NCBI RefSeq assembly: GCF_009914755.1
Contig: NC_060931.1
Length of the DNA stretch: 64,000 nucleotides
DNA from: the human T2T-CHM13v2.0 reference genome, Homo sapiens
Strand: one strand, 5' to 3'
Below are positions 28,216-44,708 of this stretch, in pieces. Position 1 is the stretch's first letter; every line of letters begins with the position of its first letter. A program made the translations under genes and the position numbers. The notes under the pieces were generated by a model. The model did not search any database. It was not told the DNA's origin and was given only the letters and a program-made list of their open reading frames with translations.

Positions 28216-28340
28216 TTCCCTTCCCCTCCCCTCCCCTCCCCTCCCCTCCCCTCCCCTCCCCTCCCCTCCCTTCCCCTTCCCTTCCCTTCCCTTCCCTTCC
28301 CTTCCCTTCCCTTCCCTTCCCTTCCCTCCCCTACCCTTCC
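28216..28340. repeat. (CCCCT)n(CCCTT)n polypyrimidine microsatellite at an Alu tail
   Basis: Directly visible pentamer arrays. Confidence 0.95.
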
Positions 28341-28341
28341 C

Positions 28342-28620
28342 ATCTCTCTCTGTTGCCCAGGCTGGAGTGCAGTGGCATGATCTCCGCTTACTGCAACCTC
28401 CATTTTCTGGGTTCAAGGGATTCTCCTGCCTCAGCCTCCTGAGTAGCAGAGATTACAGGCGCCTACCATCACGCCTAGCTAATTTTTCTGTATTTTTAGT
28501 AGTAACAGGGTTTCACCATCTTGGGCAGGCTGGTTTCAAACTCCTGACCTCAAGTGATCTGCCTGCCTCTACCTCCCAAAGTGCTAGGATTACAGGTGTG
28601 AGCAGCCACCATGCCCAGCC
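28342..28620 (-). mobile_element. Alu (old S/J-type)
   Basis: tgttgcccaggctggagtgcagtgg...cctcccaaagtgctaggattacagg. Confidence 0.93.
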
Positions 28621-30892
28621 AGGGGGAAATTCTTTCTTAAGGACATACCTAGATTCTCTCAGTTCCCCTGCTTCTTATCCTGGTCCATCAGCTGAGTCTT
28701 TGAACTGTGTACATGTAAACATAACTTGTTATTCAAAATTTTTTTCCCCAAGAGAGTCTTTAATTCCCATATAAGTCAGAGGATGAGACTAAGTATGTAC
28801 TTATCAAGCAATTCCAAGTTCTATCTATAGTCTAATCATGACCTATGCTAAGAGCTAGGAATTATGATTTATAAATGCAGTTGCCCCTTCTTTCCTTCCT
28901 CCTTTCCTTCCCAGAAGTTATATATTTCCTCCTATTCACTAGGTCTACAATTAAGGAAAATTACAACCAGGTGAACAGTAAGTAACACATGGATTGCATT
29001 TTTATGGTGTGAATATAGATTTGGTTTACTGGAAGTATGAGTAGCCACATTTACGCTCAAATCTGTCTGTCTTTCTGTCTGTCTGTCTACCTGCCGCTTT
29101 TTTTTTCCCTGCAGAGCTGATACTCAGAAGGCATGCACCAGTATGACCATACTGGGTATTTGTAGCCAGTCTCTGTCCTAATTAGTTGATCCTAAGCTGG
29201 TTGTAAAATATTTTTAATATTACTACAGTGTATATGTATTCACAGAATCACATATCTATATTTAGATTTATATCTATCTCCATTAAAATAACAAATTGCT
29301 ACATTCAGAATAGTATAATTTTAGATTTTAGATTTGTGCACCCTGAACCATCCAAAGAGAAACAAATGATCAATGGCAATATGTGGAAACTAGAGAGCTT
29401 CTGTGGCTTACCAGAGGACACTAACAGACAGAATGACGTCTGTAATCCACTGGAGATCAAAGTTTTAAAAAAGATAAATATCTGAGTACATTTAGGTAAA
29501 CTGCCCTGTACCTTTTAACAGAGTGCATTTTTATTCTAAGCTTTGGTTCTCCTAACTGACGTTAGAATTTTACCTACAGCTACTAACAGTGAGTATAAAT
29601 TCCTTGATGAAGGATTTCTGCCTCTTGATGACAGTTTCCTCATAATCCAGCTGCTTTCTCCAGCTTCCTCCTCCGACATTCCTAGACTTCCCATTCAGTG
29701 GAAGTTCTCTTGTTAGCTAAATGTTTTTCCATAGCTGCTTGGTCATCATTCTCTACTTGAATTCCCATGTCTATATTTTTTTCCCAAACAGAAGATACAA
29801 ATACTTTCTTCTTTTTTACATTCTTTTCCATCCTTTCTCATTTGCTCCTTTCCATTATATATTTACTTCAAGCTAGCATATAATGGTTAAATCTACTTAT
29901 TTAACATTTTCTTTGTCAATGTACTGTTCCTAAATTTTTGCAGCCTGTCTTTTACCATAGGTTGATTTTGAAAGACATTTGAGATACAAAATTGCAGTTT
30001 ATCCTGGAAGTAACTTTTAAAAGTACATTTAAGAAAATATAACAAGAATTTGATAAAAAGTGTTTTTATATATACTTTCCAATCTGATAATTGAACTGAT
30101 TTTCTACTTACAACAAATTTCAGAGCATCTAAGACCATTTAATTCTGAATTGAAAATTTTCATCTTGATAAATCTTATGATTTAATTCAATTTTTGTATG
30201 TCCCCATCCATCTTTTGTATTTTAAAATCGCTATCAAAATGATTAAATCACTATCAAAATCACTATCAAAATGAACAAAGAAAGACATTTTTCTCCTTTC
30301 CATTTTAGGGAATAGAAAATGAACAATGCCAGATGTATAACAATGTGGGAAAGGGTATAGCTGATAGAGAAGCCTGTCAGGACCATACAAATCTTACTAA
30401 ATTCTATATATTAGTAAGGGATTCTGCTATTGAAAAAGTTGAAGCATCCTCACCTCAGGAAGGTGAGATTCTCAGACATTTTGCTTCCAAAAATAAATAA
30501 GCTTAATAACCAGCTTAATAAATTTAATAACATTGTGCATACTTCAAAAACAATAGAGCTGTGGTTATAAGGTGTGTTAATTCATTTGCTTGGCATTGAA
30601 ACTCTTATTATATGATATCTTTGTCAACTCTGGATCACACAAGAGAAGTAGACGGTGATACTTCCTTGTACTTAAGGATACTGTTTCTAATTTGATGGAA
30701 AGCCACACTGAGCTTATTTAAACCCCTAAAATAAAAATATAAATTCATACAAAACCATATCAACGATTTTTACAAAGTGCCTGCCAAGTGCAAGATATTA
30801 CAGTGTAAATGTGGATCATAATTGTTGCTCTCTTCTTCCTTAATGATAATAGTAAATGTTTATTGAGTGCCAAGGGCTTTTCAGATACCATT

Positions 30893-31332
30893 TCTTATGG
30901 ATTAAATTGTTTCTCCTCAAAAAGATGTACTGAAGTCCTAAGCACCAGTACCTTTCAAATGTAAATTCATTTGCAGACACGGTAGTTGCAGACATAATTA
31001 ATTAGGTCACACTGGAGTAGTATAACCCAATATGACTGATGTCTTTATATGAAAAAGAGAGACACACACAGGGAGATGATGGTCCTGTGATGACAAAGGC
31101 AGAGATTGGAGAGATGCATTTACAAGCCAAAGAACATCAAAAATTGCCAACAAAGGCCAAAGGCTAGAAGAGGCAGGAAGGATTCTCTCCTACAGGTTTT
31201 AGAAGGGGCATAGCCCTACCAACATCTTAATTTTAGACTTCTAGCATCTAGTACTTTGAGACAATGAGTTTTTGTTGTTTTAGGCCAGCCAGTTTGTGGT
31301 ACTTTCTTACAGCAGCTTAGGAAGCTAATACT
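30893..31332 (+). mobile_element. MLT1C-like MaLR LTR inserted in a MIR (30840-31480)
   Basis: ggcagagattggagagatgcatttacaagccaa, gtttgtggtactttcttacagcagc...ctaatac; MIR halves on both sides. Confidence 0.85.
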
Positions 31333-32543
31333 CCGTCTCATTTAATCCTCTCAATAAACTTATGAGTTAGATAATATTATTACCTCCACTTTAGAGGTTA
31401 GAAAATGGAGTAACTTGTTCATAATACCACAGCTGGTAAAGGAATAAGCATAGAGCCTGGATTTGAAGTAAAGCTGTTTAAGTGGTTGTCCTTAATAACT
31501 TCAATGACTCCCATGGATGCAAGAGCTCACATTCCTAGTGCCAGTTTTTAAAGATAGGTATTTTATCTAGACATTTGCTAAATACAGCAATACAATTGAT
31601 CAGGAATTGATATTTTTCATCACACATCTAATAATGTAGCTGATTATAGAAGGAAAAATGTAAAGTCTCTATTTCCAAAGTCGTCATTTGACTGTGGCCT
31701 TTTCCCTCCCCTCCAGCTCCATTTATGGAGCTAGAGTGTCCCTGTGGTGCCACACATATCAGAGGCAGAGCACTGCTTATGGAGCCACATCCAAGCTGCC
31801 TAGTTTAGCCTATGGGGCCTTTCATGATCTGGCCCTTGCCATCCGACCTGTCTTATCTCCTGCCAACCCCATTGACCTTACATTGTGATTATACCCTCAA
31901 CACTACTATTGTTGCCAGAACACTCTATGTCACAAGAGGAAGAATATCCTCTGTCCCTGTGCTGTTTGATTTGCCTGGAATGCCATTCTTCCTCTTATAC
32001 ACCTAGAAAACTGTCTACTTTCAAAACACAACTTTGTGAAACTATCTCCAGAATGCCTTATCTAACCTCCCCCTAACTCTCTTTATTCCTACCCCCAGAG
32101 GGCCTATAAATTATATATTGGGACCCTATACTCAAATCCCCACTAAGCACTCTTCGTCCATGCAGTTGATATACATGGGGCCATTTTTTTCCTACCTTTC
32201 CTCTCATTGTTTGAGTTATGATCAAGGGGAGCTCTGTGGACAGTAAGATGGAAATGGAACCTAATATTGCCCTGTTTTGTTTCCCAGCTTAATGCATTGT
32301 TGGAAAATATTGAGCCTTTAAAGGTTTGGTTTTGTTCATGAGCAATTCAGATATGAGTCCAAGTACCTGGAGTGAAGAGGTGAAAGTGACATGGAAGCAA
32401 TATGTTAAGTTCTGGGAGAGAAGACTGATGTTACTGGGATTTGTAGAGAAGCAATGACTAGCTGAGTTGAGCTGCTCTCAGGGGTGTCTAGAAGACTTTA
32501 TTAGTTTATGGGGGCCCCTGATGGGAAAACGGCTCTACATGGG

Positions 32544-32906
32544 GGCCATGGTCTGAATGTTTATATCTCCCTAAAATTCAGATGTTAAAAGCCTAATCAC
32601 CAATGTGATGCTATTTGGAGGTGGGAACTTTGAGAGGTGATCAGGTCATGAGAGTGCAGCCCTCATGATGGGATTAATAGTCTTATGAACAAGACCCTGG
32701 AGAGCTCCCTCACCTCTTCCACCCTGTGAAGACACAGTGAGAAGGACCATCTATTAAACAGGAAATGGGCCTTCACCCGACACCACATCAATCAGTGCTT
32801 TGATCTTGGATTCCCAGCCTCCAGAATAGTGAAACATAAATTCCTGTTGTTTATTAGCCACCTAGTTTATGATGTTTTGTTATAGCAGCCCTAATGGACT
32901 GAGACA
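32544..32906 (+). mobile_element. MLT1A0-like MaLR LTR
   Basis: atggtctgaatgttt...tgtgaagacacagtgagaagg...atggactgagaca; near-TSD atggg/gtggg. Confidence 0.88.
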
Positions 32907-34299
32907 GTGGGCAACAAAAGAAGCAAGTGTGCCCTTAATCCTCTCCTGCATGTTCCAATATTGGAACTCTCCCAGCGTAATTCCAACCATTAGATGTTTT
33001 TCAAGACTTCTAGTTCCTTCCTAGACATCATAAGGCTTTCTTCCTTTGCTGGACCATTTCAAAGTCTTTTCTTAAAATATATAAGAAGCAGGTTTCCTCT
33101 AATGTGTTGGGAAGAGACAATGCTTAGAAATGACTCATTAAGGAAAATTCTCCCAGAAAGGATAACGATATATTCTGGATTATACCTGAGGAGTTGGCCT
33201 TCACTGACCTTTGGGAAAATAAGTCACAAGCAATTAAAGCCAATCTTTACTTGTTTGGTGTGTAGCTAAAATATGTTTTTAACTTGATGACTTTGAGGGG
33301 CTCAAGACTTTGATGGAGGAAGTAACTCAGATTGAAAGAGTTGCAGTTTTGATGCGGAATTTTGATCTGAGTTGCATATCCTGGCAACAGATTTGGGGAA
33401 GATTGTCCTATGAACTGATTGCTGCATTCAATTTATGAATTTATTTAATTCATACATTTATGAATGTGTCTTAAGGGACAAATGTAAAATATCCTTAATT
33501 TTCTACTTAGAAGACGAAGGCCCCAAAAAGAGTAAGTACTTTTTGAAGTCACCAAGAAGTTTGCTTGGAATAAAACGTGATTCCTGTGTTAATCCCCATG
33601 AAAATCAGGGAAAATATGCCAGAGTGGTCAATGCTGAGCTGTTGAAATGTACTCATATACCAGTTAATATTGTTAGGTTGCATCTGTATGTGCTTTACAT
33701 TTGACAAAGTAATTTCAGTTCTCAGAACAACTAGTTCTATGGAGGAAACTAAAGCACAAAGACTGATTAAGTAGAGCATGAGTTCACACTGAGATCTTCT
33801 GACTCCAATTTAGTAACTATCACCCAGCATGTCAACTCAAGCAGTGAAGAAAGAGATCATGACTCTTGAAAAAATGGTCATTATGGTATGTAAGCAGTCT
33901 GTTGATGAGACACATCCACTAATTTATTTCCCAAGTTATTTTGGTGATATACTTTTTTATAGAACCACTGTTTACAAATCATTTATTAGCATTTATGAAT
34001 TATAGTTTAAGAACATTAAAGCAGCCCAAGTTTCAAGTTCAACTCAACTGGAAGTAATAGCAAAATTATTTTCTTTTGTTAATGCTAAAACGGAACAAAC
34101 ATAAAATGCGTGATTTCCTCATTCTAAAAAACAGATATAGTGCACGAGTACTTCATTTGCAGATTATTTTAAACTTAAATAGCAGTGCCTGGAGCAATAT
34201 TTTTTATAGACCTTGAAGTCTTGTGAGATATTTAAATAAAAAGGCTGATATGGAAAATCTTGATGAAAAGTGATGTTACTTCCTACGTGACAAATTCTT

Positions 34300-34590
<291 letters not shown>

Positions 34591-34627
34591 AAATTCTTTT
34601 TATCTCTTAAATTATATAAATAATAAA

Positions 34628-35935
34628 GATATACCTTTTTAAATTTCTTTATTGTGCTTTGTGGATAATGCTTTTTTAAAGACAAATTGAAAGTTTGTGG
34701 CAACCCTGAGTATAAAGCACATCTATTTGTGCCATTTTTCCAACAGCGTGTGCTCACTTAAAGTCTCTGTGTCACATTTTTGTATTTTTTGCAATATTTC
34801 AAACATTATTATTATATCTATTATGATAATCTGTGATCAGTGATCTTTGATGTTACTGTTGTCATTGTTTAGGGGTGCCATGAACCATGCCCACATAAGA
34901 TGGTGAACATATTCAGTAACTGTTGTGTGTGTTCTGACTGCTGTACCAACCAGCTATTCCCCAATCTCTTGCTGTCTCCTCAGGCCTCCCTGTTCCCTGA
35001 GTTACAACAATATTGAAATTAGGCCAATTAATAATCCTACAATGACCTCTGATTACTCAAGTAAAAGGAAAAGTTGCATATCACTCACTTTAAATCAAAA
35101 GCTAGCAATCGACTTAGTGAGGAAGGCATGTCAAAAGCTGAGATAAGCCAAAAGCTAGGCCTCTTGTGCCAAACAGCCAAGTTGGGAAAGCAAAGGAAAA
35201 GTTCTTAAAAAAAGTAAAACTGCTACTCTAGTGAGCTCAAAAATGATAAGACAGTGTAACAGCCTTATTGCTGATTTGGAGAAAGTTTGAGTGGTCTGGA
35301 TAAAAAATCAAAGCAGCTCCAACATTCTCTAAGTCAAAGCCTAATCCAGAGCAAGACCCTAACTGTCTTTAATTCAATGAAGTCTGAGAAAGGTGAGGAA
35401 GCTGCAGAAAAGTTTGAAGCCAGCAGAGGTTGGTTATGAGGCTTAAGGAAAGAAGAAACCATTCCCATAACATAACCTGCAAGGTGAAACAGCAAGTGCT
35501 GATGTAAAAGCTGCAGCAAGCTACCCAGAAGATCTAGTTAAAATCATTCATGAAGGTGGCTACACCAAACAACTGATTTTTAATGTAGACAAAAAGACCT
35601 CTTATTGGAAGAAGAAAATGCCTTCTAGGACTTTCTTAGCTAGAGCGAAGTCAAGGCCTGGCTTCAAAGCTTCAAACCTCTCTTACTAGGTGCTAATGCA
35701 GCTGGTGACTTTAAGTTGAAGCCAATGTTCGTCTATCATTTTGAAAATCCATGCTAAATCTACTCTACCTGTGCTCTATAAATGGAACAATAAAGCCTGG
35801 ATGGATGACAGCACATCTATTTACAGCATGGTTTACTAAATATTTTAAGCCCATTGCTGAGACCTACTACTGCTCAGAAAATATTCTTCTCAAAATATAA
35901 CTACTCATTGACAAGGCACCTAGTCACCCATGTGA
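34628..35935 (+). mobile_element. Tigger1 5' half with dead transposase ORF (ATG about 35042)
   Basis: aaattgaaagtttgtggcaaccctg; ctcactttaaatcaaaagctag...gtgaggaaggcatgtcaaaagctgagat; gtgactttaagttgaagccaatg. Confidence 0.9.
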
Positions 35936-37409
<1,474 letters not shown>

Positions 37410-38659
37410 CTAGTCACTTGATTAGAATAATTTATTCACTTTAATTTATTTACTTAAAATTATAAATTATATCACACAAACAGAAGTATAGAGAAGGATA
37501 TATCTGTATTCCCCACACAATTTGGATGAGTCTTAATAATTTGCCAAATTTGCTTCATTTATTTAAGAAATCAGATGTTTTGGTATTAAGTCTCTGGTGT
37601 ATCCTTCACTAGAGATAACTACTATTCAAAATTAGGTATTCATCATGTTTTTATATTTAGCATACTAACGTATGCCCACAAGCATTAAAGACTTTATATA
37701 AGGTCTTAAAACTTTGTGTAATTGGATCATACTCTTCATATCCTTTTGCAAATTGATGTTGTTTTTGCTTAACGCATTATGTGTTTAAGATTTATCATGA
37801 TATTGATGAGTCTAGGGGAAAAATGCATTATTTGGGATAATACTAAAACAAGCAGAAAAGTGAGTGAAGGAAGGTGATATGAGACTTCAGATGCTGCTAC
37901 GGAATATAGGCAGAACTTCAGTTGCCATCATGTTTGGAAATCAACTGTCATCTTTGCCATTTTTTTGTGCAAAGTTCTTTATTAAGTTTATTCAGAATTT
38001 TCTTATGGTACCCAAGTGGAAACCACTTAGATAATGTGATTAATATTACTGAAATTTGCTTTTCATTTAGGGGCCATACATTTTGTAAAGGCTGTTTCTT
38101 TTTTAGTTTAAAATTAGGACACTAAAAATCATTTCAAAAATAGTTGAATTTTCTGTGTGTAGGGATAACTTAAAGTAATACTGGTGAATCTGTTTAACTC
38201 TGTTCTTTAGAGTAGGATGAATACTGAATGTTCATCCACCTCTTTTCTTAGATTTCTTTTTTTTCCTCTCTCTCATCTGTTGTACTCCATCTTAATTAAA
38301 TACAGTACAGAACTAAAATATCTAATAGCTTGATGTTCCCAGTTCTAAATTTTAATGCAGCATACTTTTATTTCCTTTTTAGTATAAAAATTTTTTGATG
38401 AATTTTTACTTAGGACAGAAATGTCAATTTTAAAATGGGGGATGTCTCTTCTTCTGATTTAAGGCATTTGAAACTATAATAAGGCCTTGAAATTGGCACT
38501 TTACATAGTGTTTCACAGAAGACCCCATTCTACAAGGTTGTCCTAAGCTAGATGGTTTGTCTGCATCATGGCATTGAATCTTTCATAAAAGCGTTTTGCA
38601 ATGTCTCCATGTCAAAATTATATAAGTTAAAGTGTCATATGCAACTCAGGAAGCTTCCT

Positions 38660-38930
38660 TAAAAAGGAGTGTGTCCTTCCTCACACATCTTGCTTCCTGA
38701 TGACTGGAATGCAAGCAGATAGTTGGAGCTTGAGTAGCCATCGAGGACCATGAGGTGGTATCCATGCATTGTGTGCAGTGGAGCAACAAGACAAAGGAGC
38801 CTGATGATCATGGAGCTGCCATGCTGCCCTGTATAGTTTGCTTCCAGGCTGTATGGAGTACTTTATGGAGTACTTTTTCTGAAAAAGTAGACACAAATCT
38901 ACTTGCTAACCCCATCCTAATGGCAGTACT
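38660..38930 (+). mobile_element. Old MLT1 (J/K-like) LTR fragment
   Basis: ctggaatgcaag...gccatcgaggaccatgagg...gagcctgatgatcatggagctgcc. Confidence 0.65.
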
Positions 38931-38980
38931 TACCCATGCCCTCATTCCTCCCTCCCCACTAATGATATAATCACCATTAA

Positions 38981-39300
<320 letters not shown>

Positions 39301-39494
39301 AATCACCATTAGTCCTTCTGACTGAACTTCCAATAGACTTCTCACCACAGTCCACTACCTGCTTCCAAGGCTGCAGAATGGTGCCTGGAATTGGCTCCTT
39401 CCTTAGCAGGAAGTGCAAAGGCATTTTGAACAGGATAGGAAGGTTCTCTAATTAATAAGGACAATTAGTTACTGGTGTCCTGTGGCTACCGTAG

Positions 39495-39870
<376 letters not shown>

Positions 39871-40779
39871 GTAGAGTTTTATTTCTGTTGTGATAATAGG
39901 CTGTCTGAACTGATATCCTGAGGGCTAACTGATGGCCATGCCTTGTCCTCAGTCTTACGGAGTGTTCTCATTTCTGATTCCTTGCTTTCTGGCTTCTTAG
40001 TTCGGGTTTGACTCCCCAGCTTTGGCCAGCCTTTTCATCCCTTAGCTTTCTTACTTACTCCTTATGAAAGGCTAAATGTTTTCCACATTTCAATCTCGAA
40101 TGAGCCAAATACTCAGTGAGTTGCAAACATGGACCATATTATTTAACATCACATAGCCTTTTATTGAAATGCTTTTTTGACATTATGCCATCTGTTTACA
40201 TGGATGAATGCAATAATAAATAGCTGCATAAAACATAAGCAAATATATTGTCCCACATCACTAACTGACTTTTCAAAGAGAACTCCTGGGAGAAATTTCT
40301 CTCAAATCTCCATGCCAGAAAAAAAAAAAAAGAGTTGTATTTGTCCTTAGTAATGGAAATGTTTTTATGCTATGTCTTTGTGACTTCTGTAACTATTAAG
40401 TGTCCATTCCTGTTTTTACTGCAACAAATGCAACCAAAATTTGTGGTTCATTTATAGCTTACCTGTGATTTTATCTTATTTTTTCCACCCCAATTTTATA
40501 ATATCATTTTAACCTCGTGTGTGTCTATTAAATAAGCTGTCTTAAATTCTTTTTAGGAGAATCTATGATAAAACATAATCATAATTTAAAGGCTGCATTA
40601 TTAATTTCCTGTGTAAGAGACTCTAATGTTGTATTAAGTGTTGCCTTTGCCATCTATGTCCAACATTAAACCTAACTTCTCCATCGTCTGCAGGAATGTT
40701 TACATTCCTGTTCACAAGCAATTGTGATCTAAGAGATATCAGTTATAGATATGAATCTACAAGTATTGGAGTCTGCCTG

Positions 40780-42400
40780 TTGAGGTTCCATTGAGTGTAA
40801 ATTCAATCCTGTGGATCTGGAAAAGATTATGGGATATAAACAGATGGAACCAAGGGACAGAAGCCTGGGAAAAGTGATCAGGCCTGGAGATGCACAAGCA
40901 AGATTTTGGAGTTTACACCAAAGGTGATAGCGTTAGCAGTCATGGGAGATGTCTAGGGAGAGGTAAAAACAGAAGAGCACAGCTCTAAAGAAGTCTGGGG
41001 GAACCTCTCCAGGAAGAGGAGGAGTTTGAAAAGGAAACTGAAACAAAGGGTAGGAGAAAATCAGGGTAGAAGCTGGAGTTCTAAAGGTGCAGGCTTACTA
41101 GTATCAAAAGTAATGATGACATCTTGAGCAATGGGCATAAAAACTATGAACTCCTTGGTTTGTTTATTCACTGGTGAATCCTGGGGGTAAGTTTGATAGA
41201 AAGAGGGAACAGAATCTAGATGGCAGAAGTTTTGGAGAGAATAGGTAGTGGTCAGTGAAATGCAACGGAAACCATTCCCTCTGATTGCTTTTCAGTGTAA
41301 GATGGGCATGAAATTGGACTGAACCCAGAGGGGAAGCAGGGTCAAGGGTTATTTTCCATTTTGTTTATTGGCTTTTGTTTTTCTTTTTCTCCAACCACAG
41401 TGAGAATTAATGATTAAATTATGAACTTGGAGAGAAAAATGAGATTCTGAAGTTTGGGATGGAGGAAAATGGTAGAAAAGGATCAGAGAGAGAGCCTGGG
41501 AAGATGACAGTTTTTTTGAAGGCAGAAGTGGCATCTCTTCTGAAAGAAAAGATAGGAATGAATGAAGGTAAAGAGAGATATTTTAATGTAAATATAAGGT
41601 GAGATGAAGGAATATAAAAGTGATGGCTCAATAGTTTCAGGAAAGTAAGAAGGAGAAGGTTTTAAGTAATCGTGCGAATAACGGAGAGAGGCGGGTTAGT
41701 CTTGATATAAACAGCCACCGTAGGGTGAGAGGAATCAAAAAGAGTGATAACAAAACCCTCCAAAAGTGTGGAGAAAGGCAGTTCAACAGTTCCAGAAAGT
41801 CTGATGAAAATGTACCATGTTAAGACATTGTGCTAGACACAGGAGCAGAGAAGATACAGTCCCTTTCGTCATGGAAATCACACTTAGTAGGAGAGCAGCT
41901 ACATGGGACAGGACCAGTTGACAGTAGATAAAAGTGAAATATTAACATAGTCACAGGATGATTTTCAACAATGTTTGCCAGACTTAGAACAGGAGGAGAG
42001 GATGTTGAGTTGAGGGCTGTGAAGATTCAAGTCAGCTCCTGACCTTATGTCAGTATTAAGAAGGGCAGCATTGATCTTGGTGAACACGACGAGCAGTCCA
42101 GGAAAGGAGTACAAAGAATAACGGCAAGCACTGGTCCTATGTGGAGGGTGTGAAAATGGTGTCAGGTGAAGAGGTATCACCTCCAACAGGACCATCAAGT
42201 TAGACATCTTTTAAGGGATAAGAGGTCCAGAGGTTAAGCCCTGATGGTGGGTCACTGAGACACTGTGGAGGGAAATGGATAAGCCAGGAGTGTTGTGAAG
42301 ATGTAATAAGGGCTGCACATGTCATAATGGGATCTAAACAAATAGGAGGTGTACAGGGCTTGTGGGGAGTTGGCTGCCCAGAAATCTGAGAGAAAATAAG
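40780..42400 (-). mobile_element. Degenerate L2 fragments
   Basis: Purine-rich L2-like tracts; cattgtgctagacacagg...cagtccctttcgtcatggaa. Confidence 0.5.
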
Positions 42401-42521
42401 ACATGTAAAGTCCTGCTCACCCATGAAAGTTTCTAAATACAGGAGCTCTGATTCTAAAATCATCTCCATTTATATTGGTTTATCTTTTTAAGACACTTTG
42501 TTGTTTCAGAGCTACCTTGCC

Positions 42522-42579
42522 ATGAAGATTCATTACCTTTTCTTTGCTCTTTTCTTCCTTGGCCAGCTGTCTACCTCAG
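42522..42579 (+). CDS. Candidate coding exon 1 (signal peptide MKIHYLFFALFFLGQLSTS-G) of a beta-defensin-like secreted peptide
   Basis: gccATG Kozak context; exactly 58 nt ending in phase 1 at donor CAG|gtaagg; K + hydrophobic core + small-residue cleavage region; resembles DEFB103 signal MRIHYLLFALLFLFL (recalled). Confidence 0.6.
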
Positions 42580-43271
42580 GTAAGGCTTTAGTAATAGTAA
42601 GGGAAGCATTTGAGTGAATGAGAAGCCAGCATGAAATGGCATAAACAACCATCTATTGCCAGTGTTAATTAGTAGCTGCTCAATGAACATTTGTTGGATC
42701 AATTTTTTTAATGGATGAATTAGTTTCTCCTTCTAGTCTAAAAAATATAATCGAATTTGAAGAATTCCATGATTCCCTTTCTATTTCATGCCAAATTTCT
42801 CATCTCAACGCTGGGATAGACTTAGGTTATTTCCAAGAAAGGGAATTTAGAGATCATCGCCTCTGTCCGCTAATTTTATAAATAATGATTTTGAGAGCTT
42901 GAGTACAGGTCCTCTAACTCCCAGTATACCATGAAAATGGAATATCTACTCTCATCTTTCTCTGCCTAATCAAAGTAAGGTGCAGATAGTGAGTTTGTTG
43001 TGAGCCTTAAATGTGCTAATTCATGTCAAGGGATTTTAGGAAGTGCTTAGCAAATAGAAAGTGCTTAAGAAATGTTAACGAATATTATCAATATTACTAT
43101 TTCACTTTTTTTTTTTTTAGTTTATCTTCTTCAGCAAGTTCTTCTTTCAGTTCAGAATATCCTCAAGCAGGATGAGCCTGGAGAAAAACTGTGAAATTAT
43201 TGGAGTTTACCTTTAAAACCATAAAATGATAAGGGCCTGATAGGGTTAAGAATCAAAAGAAAGGAATGGTG

Positions 43272-43573
43272 GGCCAGGCACGGTGGCTCACACCTGTAAT
43301 CCCAACAATTTGGGAGGCCAAGGTGGGCAGATCACAAGGTCAGGAGTTCAAGACCAGCCTGACCAACACGGTGAAGCCCCGTCACTACTGAAAACACAAA
43401 AACTAGCCTCAGTCGTGGTGGTGCATGCCTGTAATTCCACTACTCAGGAGGCTGAGGCAGGAGAATCACTTGAACTTGGGAGGCAGAGGTTGCAGTGACC
43501 TGAGATTGTGCCACTGCACTCTAGCCTGGGCGACAGAGCAAGACTTCGTCTCAAAAAAAAAAAAAAAAAAAAA
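43272..43573 (+). mobile_element. AluS in the intron of the candidate defensin-like gene
   Basis: Full dimer, long polyA, TSD aaaagaaaggaatggtgg. Confidence 0.95.
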
Positions 43574-44708
43574 AGAAAGGAATGGTGGAAAGAGATAATG
43601 TAAGGAAGATGAAAAACACTGATGGTATAAAGGAGAGAAGACGGAGGAGGAGCCAGTGATGGAATGATGGCACAGAAGGAGTTTGTGAGGGATTTAGAAA
43701 GTGGTGGTGCTGTTAATAGAAATGTGAATGCAGGGAAGAGGAGCTGATTGAGATGAAGCCAGTGAAAATGATTTTAGAAATTGTTACCTTGAAGTGACAG
43801 CAAGACTTCTAACTGGAGATAATGCAGTAGAGATATGAGACTAGGAAGAAGCTTGTGGCTGATGATAAACATTGTGGGATCCTTCCAAAAAAAGGACAGC
43901 CCTGAAGTTATGTGAATAATTTACTACCTCAAGGGCAATTCTCCCTGTCTCCTTTCTCTTTCTCTTGGGCCTGTTCTGGACATCTTGGTAATAAGTGTCT
44001 GTATTAGTGGAGGACAAGGGCAACACAGAAAACATCCACTCTCTTTTCTTCCTTTTTTCTCCTCTCTCTTCTCACCTTCCTTACTCTTCTCCCCTCTACC
44101 TTTTGGTTTTTTCTTGTTCCTGAACATATAAGGAAGCTTACAAATTACATACAATGCATGGGTTTTTTAAAAGCGAAATAATTAGTAAGAAGATTCAGGC
44201 AGAGGAAAATCAGCTTAGAAAAAAGTAATTTGCAAGAGTGATGATGTTGTTTTCTAAAATGGCCCTGGGTGAGGTAACTGAAAGTGGAGGGTAGTAGAAG
44301 TCCTTGACGTGGATTTCAGATAGGAATGGAGTGGTATATATTGCCTCCTGAGAAACTGTGCCTAAGATTTATACCCCAGCGGCCCTCACCTGCCTGCAAT
44401 GGCAGAACATCCAGCATGTATGATGTTCAGTACTGATCTTCTAGAAAGCCTAGCATTGGGCTCTCTCGGGATTGTCCAATAATGCTAGGCTTATACAGTC
44501 CAAAGGGAGGTCAACTGTTTTTCTGCACCAAGTGAGGTGTACCTGCAGGCCCTGTCAGTCCCTTCTGAAATATATTTTTTAATCTGATTGAAAACTATTT
44601 TGCTACCATGGGCCATTCTCATCAATATTTTCCCACAAAGCTTTATATTTGAAGTCTATTGCAAGTAAGTATATCCTTGTTTTTGTTCATCTATCTGTTT
44701 ATTTTTAG

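Noticed and set aside
28127-28774. 215-aa proline-rich ORF, the longest in the track
   Set aside because: Made of the pentamer microsatellite plus an antisense Alu; not a gene.
40694-40800. Acceptor followed by ...SIGVCLLRFH*, a possible second defensin exon
   Set aside because: Only two Cys, an early stop, no partner signal exon, and it abuts L2 sequence.
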